Position numbers and translations under genes: made by a program. 37,834 bases of DNA from an uncultured virus (IMG/VR IMGVR_UViG_3300044640_002305) (Duplodnaviria; Heunggongvirae; Uroviricota; Caudoviricetes): IMG/VR virus record IMGVR_UViG_3300044640_002305; one strand, 5' to 3'. This document shows positions 28,741 to 36,598 of this stretch, one piece after another (position 1 is the first letter of the stretch; every line of letters starts with the position of its first letter). A model generated the notes under the pieces. That model did not search any database. It was not told where the DNA came from and saw only the letters and a program-made list of their open reading frames with translations.

Positions 28741-31536
28741 TTAGGATTTGCCGCCCTTTTTACCTTTACCGGTAGATTCCCAAATAAGGTTTTTAAGTTT
28801 GGAAACAAATACAGGGTCGTTAACCCAATCAGTACCTCTACTAACCCCACTCCCTCCTTTAAGATTAATAGTACCTTTAACATCGATATCACCAAATTCA
28901 ATTTTAATACCACCAAACAAACTAACTAAAGAAAGCATTGAAGCCAAATCTTTAATAGCCTCAATCTTATCCAAATCAACACGATTTATTGCCCTTATGG
29001 AAGATGACATACCAGAAAGGTCTAATCCTTTAAGTGCTGCAAGACTATGTGTTAAATCTTTAAAGGCACTCCCACCAAACCACCAAGCGGCACCTAACGC
29101 GAATAAAGAAACTGATAAAGCAAATATACCAACAGACGCTAACATTAAGGCCGGACCAAACATAAATAACGGACCAATTAATGAAGGTAATTGTGAAAGT
29201 GAAGATAAGAACATTTCCATTCCAGGTGCTACCATTTGTAGAGCTGTCCCGAATAACATCAAAGCTAAACTCAAAACGGCAATTGCTACAGCACCTAATA
29301 AAATAGGTACAAGAGCCACACCCATTAAAAATGCTGCTAACGCAAAAGCACCAAGGGCTAATGCGGCACCTAACATAGTACCCACACCCACACCAGCGAG
29401 TAATGACATCGCGTAAGCAAACGGTATCAACGCAATACCTAAGGCTAATATAGCTACAGACCCCAATAATATATTTGTACTTGCTTTACTCATTATCTGA
29501 CCGACAACGTATAAAGCTCCAGATAAAACAAGTAGACTAACTGCGGCTAAAGCTAATGTTTGCCACCCATTTTGTAACTTTTCAAACTCCTGTAACGCTT
29601 TAGCGAATACAAATAAAGCTGCTGATAAGATTAATATAGCTGCGGCTCCTTTTAACATGTTTGTTGCCGATTTTCCCGTTGAATCACCCATTTGACTAGC
29701 CTTACCTGCTTGACCAGACTGACCTCCACCTAATGGTTGAGTCCCACCTTTAGTACTAATCATTTTTCCTTGTGGGCTATCAGCGTTGTACATTTTACCT
29801 GATTTAGCTTTAACCATATTACCACCAGCACCACTTTGTGCACCACTTTTAGCTGCACCCGCGGCACCTAAAGGTCCTTTAGCAACACCTGCATTAAAAC
29901 CACGAGCTAACATTCTACCCTTCAACAACCAAGCTAATGGGGAAAGAATTGCTGATAATATTGGTGCCACTTTAGCAAATACCAATAGACCTAAAGCTAG
30001 TTTAAGTAACCAAGGGTTTTTAATTAAAGAATCAACCCATGAACCAAGTTTCTTTAACAAAGATTCCAACATAGGTCTAAGACTATCGTCAAATTTAACT
30101 ATTGCTGGCATTAATTTATCTAACAATGCATTTAAATTATTCACTAATAAATCTTGTGAAGTTTGTCTTGATATTGCTCTTTCTTTTTCAGTTTCTTTTT
30201 CCGCGGTTAATTTATCCGCTATAGCTTGTTGGTCTGTTGCACTTAAATCTTTTAAATATTGTTTATGACCCTTCTCATCAAAAAGGAAAGCCTGACCTTT
30301 ACTGTCAAGTTCCATTATCCCCGACAAGAATTCCTTATCATCACCAGAAATTTTAATTAGGTTACCAAACATATTCATCTTAGCTGTTTGTTTAGCAGTC
30401 CCAGCTAATTCTTCCACAGAGATACCTGTTGCTTCAGACGCCTCTCTTAACCTATCCATTTGATAAGCACTAACTTTAAAACTTTTGGAAACATCGTCCC
30501 ATTGTGCAGCTTCCGCAGCACCTTTTGTGATAGTCTTTATAAATTCTTCAGGGTTATTTCTTGCCTGACCCATTAACTGAAAAGCATCACCCATTTGAGC
30601 CATACTACCACCTAACACCTGTAAATTAGCTGCCGCATCAATAGCACCTTCAGGTCTCATTACCTTTTCAGCGAAACCAGCTGCAGCTTCTAACGACAAT
30701 TTATATTTTTCTGAATATCTAGCCATTTTAGCTAAACCATTAATACCATTTTTAAAACTAAGTTTATTTAAAAGACCCACATTCTGTGTAATCTTTTTCA
30801 TCACGTTTTTGGTATTAAGTCCTAACTTATTTGTTCTTTGTACAATATTACTTATTGCTTGTGACGAGGCTTGTGCCCCCATACCGAAAGAATCCATCTG
30901 ACCAACTAAACCAGCCATTTCTTCTTCAGCCATTCCAGTTGTCTTAGCTAAAGCAGCCATTTGTACCAATGTCTTTTCGGTTAACATCACTTGTCTACCT
31001 GTAGCGTCAGCAAAAGATTCTTGCATTTGACCAGCTTTCTCAAGTTCAACACCCATCGCGGTTAAACTAGACTGTGATTTTGCCACAACCATTCTAAACT
31101 GGTTCATTCTAGTGGTGGACATACCGATGTTGATAGCTGCTTCTCTAGAAGACCTATCCATTCTGTTGTACCTATCTAGAATATTGTCAAAACCTTTTGA
31201 CAATTTGTCCATACCCCATTTACCAATGGCTTTACCACCAGCTTTTAATAGGACACTAGTTTTAGCTAATTCTTTGTTTAATTCTCTAGTATAATCAACT
31301 TGTTTTTGTAGTTCAGCTGCTTCAGCTTTAGCTTCCTTAGAACCTTCAGCTAATAACTCATTAATTCTTTTCTGTGTATCTCGTATCTGTTTAGCATTTT
31401 CAGAAACAGTTTTTTGAGCATCACCATATGTTGACCAACTTTCGGTTTGTTGTTTAATAACCTTGGCTATTTGCCTTTGGGTATCGTAGTATTCTTTGGC
31501 GTCTTTTTTATTTTGCCCAAAATTTTCGTCAGCCAT
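28741..31536 (-). CDS. Tail tape measure protein
   Basis: Long helical A/K/Q/M-rich protein with hydrophobic Ala/Leu/Gly-rich repeats in its C-terminal third; downstream of tube and chaperone genes. Confidence 0.82.
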   Translation of the reverse strand: MADENFGQNKKDAKEYYDTQRQIAKVIKQQTESWSTYGDAQKTVSENAKQIRDTQKRINELLAEGSKEAKAEAAELQKQVDYTRELNKELAKTSVLLKAGGKAIGKWGMDKLSKGFDNILDRYNRMDRSSREAAINIGMSTTRMNQFRMVVAKSQSSLTAMGVELEKAGQMQESFADATGRQVMLTEKTLVQMAALAKTTGMAEEEMAGLVGQMDSFGMGAQASSQAISNIVQRTNKLGLNTKNVMKKITQNVGLLNKLSFKNGINGLAKMARYSEKYKLSLEAAAGFAEKVMRPEGAIDAAANLQVLGGSMAQMGDAFQLMGQARNNPEEFIKTITKGAAEAAQWDDVSKSFKVSAYQMDRLREASEATGISVEELAGTAKQTAKMNMFGNLIKISGDDKEFLSGIMELDSKGQAFLFDEKGHKQYLKDLSATDQQAIADKLTAEKETEKERAISRQTSQDLLVNNLNALLDKLMPAIVKFDDSLRPMLESLLKKLGSWVDSLIKNPWLLKLALGLLVFAKVAPILSAILSPLAWLLKGRMLARGFNAGVAKGPLGAAGAAKSGAQSGAGGNMVKAKSGKMYNADSPQGKMISTKGGTQPLGGGQSGQAGKASQMGDSTGKSATNMLKGAAAILILSAALFVFAKALQEFEKLQNGWQTLALAAVSLLVLSGALYVVGQIMSKASTNILLGSVAILALGIALIPFAYAMSLLAGVGVGTMLGAALALGAFALAAFLMGVALVPILLGAVAIAVLSLALMLFGTALQMVAPGMEMFLSSLSQLPSLIGPLFMFGPALMLASVGIFALSVSLFALGAAWWFGGSAFKDLTHSLAALKGLDLSGMSSSIRAINRVDLDKIEAIKDLASMLSLVSLFGGIKIEFGDIDVKGTINLKGGSGVSRGTDWVNDPVFVSKLKNLIWESTGKGKKGGKS

Positions 31537-31543
31537 TTAAAAC

Positions 31544-33316
31544 TTATTTTAAAATTTCACTCCAAGTGTTATTAATTTTATTTGAAACTTCTGTTTGTGA
31601 AGGATAATATAAGATAATAAATTTACTATCTGTTTTAGATTTTTTGATTTTCATATCACCACCCCTAATAACTTCTGTTAATAAATTAGTTAATTTAGTA
31701 TTATTTTTAATGGTTATAACACCTTTAGTTACTTTACCGTCCTTAGTGTATTCGATGTTTAAATTGGACTTACCTTTTTTATCACTATAAGTTTTATCGT
31801 TAGAATAACCAGGTAATACATTTAAATCATTTTGATTTATTTTACCGTCCTCCCCTTCTTTAAAGAAAGCTGACGCTTCAACTAAAACAGCATCAATAAG
31901 TTGTTTTTTAGAACCTTTTGAACCCCCCACCTCACGAGATTCAACGTCTTCTTGACCTTCATCAATAGTTTGTAATCCACCAGGTAATATTTTTAATAAA
32001 AGATAATCGGGTTTAACTGTTTTACCACCATTTGTATCATCTTCTTCTTTTAACATTTCCATTAAAATATTTGAAAGTGTTAACTTAGATTCAGTTTTAG
32101 TACCGTAAAAATTATTCCAGTACTGATTTACCTTGTCTTCATCATAAGAAATACTATAAGAACGTTTTTTACCATCAGGCCCCTTTACAGGTACAGCAAA
32201 CCATTTTTTAACTGCCACCATAAATTCTCTAACGTTCTTATCTAAATTGTCTAAGGTCTGACCCCCCACAACTTTACCAGGAAAAACTAAATTCCATCTT
32301 TTATATTTGTCTTTGTTTTTTTCATCTTCAGATAAAGTATAATTTTCTTCGACATTTTGTTTTGTAAATTGAATATTAAATTCAGGGAAAACTTTTGATA
32401 AGTTTTTTAAAAAGTTATTTGGAAATGACTTTCTTAAATTAGAAACCATCATACTGTAAGAATCCCTACCAGACTTTTCCCTAAACTCTTTTAAATCTTC
32501 TTTACTAGCATTACCCTTTTGTACTTCTCTTTGTAGTTTAGAATATTCTTTAGCCATTTCAGGGTCTTTAAAACCATCACCATAAACAACAGCTCCATCG
32601 TATTTACCAAAACCTTTTAGTAATAATCTAAAAATTTCATTTCTATTTTTACCTGAAGCGATTTCTTCTGGAATTGGAATTTCTTTTTCTGTTTCCTCCC
32701 CCTCTGTTTCTTCATTACCTTCTCCTGATAAAATAACGTCTGAATCTACTTGTACTTTATAAGTAACACCTTCTTCTAACATTCTTTTATAGTTTTCACC
32801 TTTTTTACCTGGTGGTAACTTACCGGCATCACCACCTAAAGTTCTTTCTATTTCTTTAGGGTCTATAAAAATAATTGCCGGACCTAATTTTGTTTCTAAT
32901 ATTAATTTACCATTACTATTTGGGTTAGAAACTTTTGCTCTAGTATCAATTCTATCGGCTTCTACTGCTTTATCATTTATTGATAGAGTAACATAACTTT
33001 TTTCACCCCATTTATTTTCTTTAGGCCAAAGAAGTGAAAATTTAAAACCAAAAGGTGCTGCCATTAATTGAGCAACAGTTTTTTGTTTACCCAAATCATC
33101 AACGTCAAAACCTAAAGACCTTAGATTTTGTTTAACAACATCCATGTTTGAGTACCCTTCACCAGCACTTGTAGCAACGTTTTTTTCAATACCAGGTACC
33201 TTTACTCTTTTTTCGGTAATCATTTCATTTTTATATGCACTAAAATTCAGGCCTTTTGAGCCTGAATTTACCTCTTGTTTATAATCTTCAAGTATTTCTT
33301 TTATACTTCTAGGCAT
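31544..33316 (-). CDS. Hypothetical protein (probable virion protein; distant paralogue of 36599-37834)
   Basis: 590-aa ORF with ATATTTAT motif upstream; shares NRN, GF.D, F.KNL.K.FPEF.I and KN...FM motifs with the last ORF. Confidence 0.75.
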   Translation of the reverse strand: MPRSIKEILEDYKQEVNSGSKGLNFSAYKNEMITEKRVKVPGIEKNVATSAGEGYSNMDVVKQNLRSLGFDVDDLGKQKTVAQLMAAPFGFKFSLLWPKENKWGEKSYVTLSINDKAVEADRIDTRAKVSNPNSNGKLILETKLGPAIIFIDPKEIERTLGGDAGKLPPGKKGENYKRMLEEGVTYKVQVDSDVILSGEGNEETEGEETEKEIPIPEEIASGKNRNEIFRLLLKGFGKYDGAVVYGDGFKDPEMAKEYSKLQREVQKGNASKEDLKEFREKSGRDSYSMMVSNLRKSFPNNFLKNLSKVFPEFNIQFTKQNVEENYTLSEDEKNKDKYKRWNLVFPGKVVGGQTLDNLDKNVREFMVAVKKWFAVPVKGPDGKKRSYSISYDEDKVNQYWNNFYGTKTESKLTLSNILMEMLKEEDDTNGGKTVKPDYLLLKILPGGLQTIDEGQEDVESREVGGSKGSKKQLIDAVLVEASAFFKEGEDGKINQNDLNVLPGYSNDKTYSDKKGKSNLNIEYTKDGKVTKGVITIKNNTKLTNLLTEVIRGGDMKIKKSKTDSKFIILYYPSQTEVSNKINNTWSEILK

Positions 33317-33334
33317 TTTGATTTCTTTTTATTG

Positions 33335-33342
33335 ATAAATAT
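33335..33342 (-). promoter_or_regulatory. Putative late-promoter motif ATATTTAT
   Basis: 18 nt upstream of ATG 33316. Confidence 0.5.
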
Positions 33343-33356
33343 GCCTTAATTTTGTT

Positions 33357-33563
33357 TTATCTTTTTTTGCTTTGAGCATTTTTATACTGTTTTTGTTGTT
33401 CTTCCATTTCTTTTTGCCAAAGGTCAACATAGATTCTCCTTTCCCAAACAGGCATTTTTAAAATTTCTGAATAACTAAAACGCATATGTTTAACCATATA
33501 ATAGATTACCTCTATTAGGTTTTTTCTATACTCTAGCGTTAGGCCAAAAAAAGTTGAGTCCAA
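33357..33563 (-). CDS. Tail-assembly-chaperone extension (GT / gp51-like), probably reached by frameshift from the upstream ORF
   Basis: FSYSEILKMPVWERRIYV motif; only a TTG start; overlaps the 3' end of 33526-34287 across a T7 run. Confidence 0.7.
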   Translation of the reverse strand: MDSTFFGLTLEYRKNLIEVIYYMVKHMRFSYSEILKMPVWERRIYVDLWQKEMEEQQKQYKNAQSKKR

Positions 33564-34287
33564 TGTTAAAGGGACTACGAAATGGACCAGATGGTCCCTC
33601 CACGTCCACCTCCAGTTCTATTCCTGGCTCAATTTCGTCTGAATATTCTCTAAACTTTAGAGAATCAAAAGCTGGCATAACTTCAATAAACTTAGCAAGG
33701 AAAGCAGGGTCTCTGTTACCGTCAATTTCTTTAATTTGTGCCTGTAATCTATATGTTAAAGCGTTACTAATTAAAGATTTTGTTGCTTTGTTTCTTTGGT
33801 CTGTTTTTTTACTGATAGAAGATTCATCAGAAACAGTTAACAATTTAAATTTAATTTTCTTTTTACTTCTAGGTAAGAAAAAGTCAAACTCACCATTTTC
33901 ATCTGGTTCAGCAGTTAATTCTTTTGTACCTAAAGCAGACAAATCAATTTCTGTTTCAAATTCATCACCTGTTTCAGGGTCCATCATTTTAACTGGATAC
34001 ATTTCACCATATCCTGTGGCTCTTAACCAAATCATAATGGAGTTTCTATCACCAACTAACATTTGGTCTAAAGAGATTTCTGTACTTTTAATTTTCTTTT
34101 GTAGAAGAATATCTAAAACTTTACCACTTTTAATTAAGTTTGGTGAAGTTAAAATATTCTCATCGGAAGCAGTAAGATATTCTACCCTAACCGTAGATGG
34201 TCTACCTGGGTACAATAATCCTTTTGATGGTAACTCTAGTACATCGAATGGAGCATCAAAATTAAATTCGTTTTCTTGATTTGACAT
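33526..34287 (-). CDS. Baseplate hub / tail assembly chaperone (T4 gp26-like)
   Basis: LELPSKG, YLTASDENIL, LVGDRNSIMIWLRATGYG, IDLS.L, LPRSKKKIKFKLLT, C-terminal FFWP. Confidence 0.8.
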   Translation of the reverse strand: MSNQENEFNFDAPFDVLELPSKGLLYPGRPSTVRVEYLTASDENILTSPNLIKSGKVLDILLQKKIKSTEISLDQMLVGDRNSIMIWLRATGYGEMYPVKMMDPETGDEFETEIDLSALGTKELTAEPDENGEFDFFLPRSKKKIKFKLLTVSDESSISKKTDQRNKATKSLISNALTYRLQAQIKEIDGNRDPAFLAKFIEVMPAFDSLKFREYSDEIEPGIELEVDVEGPSGPFRSPFNIGLNFFWPNARV

Positions 34288-34412
34288 TTTAAAAACTTTT
34301 TTTTATATTTTATATTATTTTATATTTTAATCTTAAACCCTTTATTAACAAAGTAAAGATTTATTCATTTCTCTATAAATAGAAAAAGTTTTAATTTTTT
34401 TTCAACAAAAAT

Positions 34413-34443
34413 TTTGCCAAAGTAAAAACATAACGTATATTTG
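34413..34443 (+). promoter_or_regulatory. Bacteroidota-type housekeeping promoter (-33 TTTG / -7 TAnnTTTG)
   Basis: TTTG (34413-34416), 19-nt spacer, TATATTTG (34436-34443), 22 nt upstream of ATG 34466. Confidence 0.75.
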
Positions 34444-34465
34444 CTTTATAATTAAAAAACACACT

Positions 34466-35482
34466 ATGGAAGATAGAAAATTACAAAGATTAAAAGAAGT
34501 ATTATCAGTACCTACATACTCAGGTGATGAGGAGTTGATGATTACTTACTTACAAAATGTCTTGACAGAAAAAGGTTTTGAGCATTACACAGATAAAATC
34601 GGTAATATCTATGTTACTAAAGGTAAAGCTGAATGGTACCCTTGTTTTGTATCACACACGGATACTGTCCACAAAGTTAACCCAAACTTTAAAGTAGTTC
34701 AATTAGAAGAAAACGGTAGAGTTATTCTTACTGGTATCGATAAAGAAACTATGAAACCATCCGGTATTGGTGGTGATGATAAGTGTGGTGTTTATCTTTG
34801 TCTTGAAATGTTGGATACATTGGACAACGTTAAAGCAGCATTCTTTGTATCGGAAGAAGTAGGTTGTGTTGGTTCACGCCAAGCTGACCCTGAGTTCTTT
34901 AAAAATGTTGGTTACGCTATTCAGTATGATTCACCTGAAGGAGACTCAATGAGTATGACACTTATGGGTAAACAACTTTTTGGTAAAAAATCTGAATTTG
35001 GCTCAAAAGTAGGTGGTCTTATCACTGAACACGGTATCACACATTGGGAACGTCACCCTTATACTGATATTTGGCCTTTGATGGAGAAGTTTGGTTTCTC
35101 GTGTTTGAACTTGGCAGCAGGTTATCACCGTTACCACACAGCAAATGAGTATGTTGTTATTGACGAGGTTCAAAATGGTTTTGAATTAGGTCTTAAACTT
35201 CATAAAACTCTTGGTGAAAACTTCTACGAAAGAGTTGAAGACCCAATTGTTAGTTACGTATCAACTTCTTGGGCTCCTGTGAAGAAAGAAAATACTAAAA
35301 CTATTCTAACAGAAAAAGAAGACTTGTTTTACGATGAGGATAATGATGACAATGACTTAGATTATCATTACAAGGATGATGAAGATTTTTCTGACCTATG
35401 GGATTATGATGAATTTAATGGAGGTTATTCAATCGTAAATTACGGAACAGATAATGAAGAGTATTTCAGATATGATTATTAA
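34466..35482 (+). CDS. Zinc metallopeptidase, M28/M20/M42 clan, with acidic tail
   Basis: SHTDTV, GGDDKCG, SEEVG, IQYD, YHRYHT metal-ligand motifs. Confidence 0.85.
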   Translation: MEDRKLQRLKEVLSVPTYSGDEELMITYLQNVLTEKGFEHYTDKIGNIYVTKGKAEWYPCFVSHTDTVHKVNPNFKVVQLEENGRVILTGIDKETMKPSGIGGDDKCGVYLCLEMLDTLDNVKAAFFVSEEVGCVGSRQADPEFFKNVGYAIQYDSPEGDSMSMTLMGKQLFGKKSEFGSKVGGLITEHGITHWERHPYTDIWPLMEKFGFSCLNLAAGYHRYHTANEYVVIDEVQNGFELGLKLHKTLGENFYERVEDPIVSYVSTSWAPVKKENTKTILTEKEDLFYDEDNDDNDLDYHYKDDEDFSDLWDYDEFNGGYSIVNYGTDNEEYFRYDY

Positions 35483-35513
35483 AAAAAAGGGACCCAAAAG
35501 GGTCTTTTTTTTT
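35483..35513 (+). terminator. Rho-independent terminator
   Basis: GGGACCC-AAAA-GGGTCTT followed by T run. Confidence 0.85.
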
Positions 35514-35533
35514 ATCATTAAATATTTATAAAT

Positions 35534-35983
35534 ATGGACGTTATTTATATAGACAATTTTTTATCTGATGAAGTTTTAAAAACTTGCCAAGACTACATTG
35601 ATAATTTTTATGGACAAGGTATTATTGGTGATAAAAATTTTGTTAATAATTTTTGGGAAGAAAATAAAGAAAAAATACAAAATATAAATTCTGATTGGAT
35701 TGGTCTATATAATAATGTAACAAAGACAAATAACTCAGAACCGGTAAATAAACATTTAGATAAAAAAATACGTAATGAAAAATATAAAATGTTTATTTAT
35801 TTAAATGAAGTACCAAATGGAGGTACTATTTTCTTTGATGGTGCTGATGAACAATTAGTTGAAAATAAATTAAACCGTTTAGTAATATTCAATATAGGTT
35901 TATATCATAAAAGTCAAAATTTTTTAGTAGGAGATAATACTTTTAATAAAAAATTAATTGGTTTTAGGATAATAAGTAAATAA
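35534..35983 (+). CDS. 2OG-Fe(II) oxygenase (prolyl-hydroxylase-like)
   Basis: IDNFLS, HLD (HxD), FIYLNEVPNGGTIF, NRLVIFN, distal His in LYHKS. Confidence 0.75.
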   Translation: MDVIYIDNFLSDEVLKTCQDYIDNFYGQGIIGDKNFVNNFWEENKEKIQNINSDWIGLYNNVTKTNNSEPVNKHLDKKIRNEKYKMFIYLNEVPNGGTIFFDGADEQLVENKLNRLVIFNIGLYHKSQNFLVGDNTFNKKLIGFRIISK

Positions 35984-36021
35984 AAATACCCCTTTCATAT
36001 AAAAATTTATAAAAGGGGTAT
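35982..36021. terminator. Probable bidirectional terminator between convergent genes
   Basis: ATACCCCTTT...AAAGGGGTAT inverted repeat between oxygenase and tail tube stops. Confidence 0.65.
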
Positions 36022-36044
36022 AATTTATGTTCAATAAAGAAATA

Positions 36045-36533
36045 TCAGAATACACTAATTGCTCTGTCAAATCTTAAAGTAACAGAGATATCAGCGATAT
36101 CTGATGAAGAGTAATCCAAATCACCAAAGTTAGCTGAAGTAATCATTGTACCTTGTAGAATCCACTTTTCGATAACAACTCCTGTTGGGTCTAACAACTC
36201 CAACTCTACATCTTTCTTGTAACCAGCTGCGTAACCTTGTCTACCTGTAACAGATTCAGAGTGAAGGCGAACCCACTCCATAAGTGCTTGAGTAGCTGAA
36301 GGACCGATTGGGTCACGGAAAGTAACATCGATTGTTTCCCAAGTAAATCTACCAATTACAAAAGTAGAAGTATTTAAGAATTGAATCTCAGTTTCTTCTG
36401 CTGTATAAGTCGGTCTAGCACCTGTTGATACAAACCATTCTTGGATACCCAATGGTGTAGGGAATCTAAATATAAACCTATTCTTTTTCTTTGGTTCGTA
36501 AGGAACAGGCATTCTCATTAACAAATCTGCCAT
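36045..36533 (-). CDS. Tail tube protein (T4 gp19-like)
   Basis: EPKKKNRF, GRFTWETIDVTFRD, ALMEW, YKKDVELELLDPTGVVIEKWILQG..ITSANFGDLDY. Confidence 0.9.
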   Translation of the reverse strand: MADLLMRMPVPYEPKKKNRFIFRFPTPLGIQEWFVSTGARPTYTAEETEIQFLNTSTFVIGRFTWETIDVTFRDPIGPSATQALMEWVRLHSESVTGRQGYAAGYKKDVELELLDPTGVVIEKWILQGTMITSANFGDLDYSSSDIADISVTLRFDRAISVF

Positions 36534-36570
36534 AGTTTAATTTTTTTTTAATTTTTTGTTATGTTTAATT

Positions 36571-36578
36571 ATAAATAT
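36571..36578 (-). promoter_or_regulatory. Putative late-promoter motif ATATTTAT
   Basis: GCATATTTATAAT upstream of the tail tube gene. Confidence 0.5.
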
Positions 36579-36598
36579 GCTGATAAAATATTTTATTT

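Noticed and set aside
28748..30268. Plus-strand ORFs of 222 and 160 aa
   Set aside because: Antisense shadows of the tape measure gene; no motifs or expression signals
33554..34279. 241-aa plus-strand ORF
   Set aside because: Antisense shadow of the well-supported gp26-like gene
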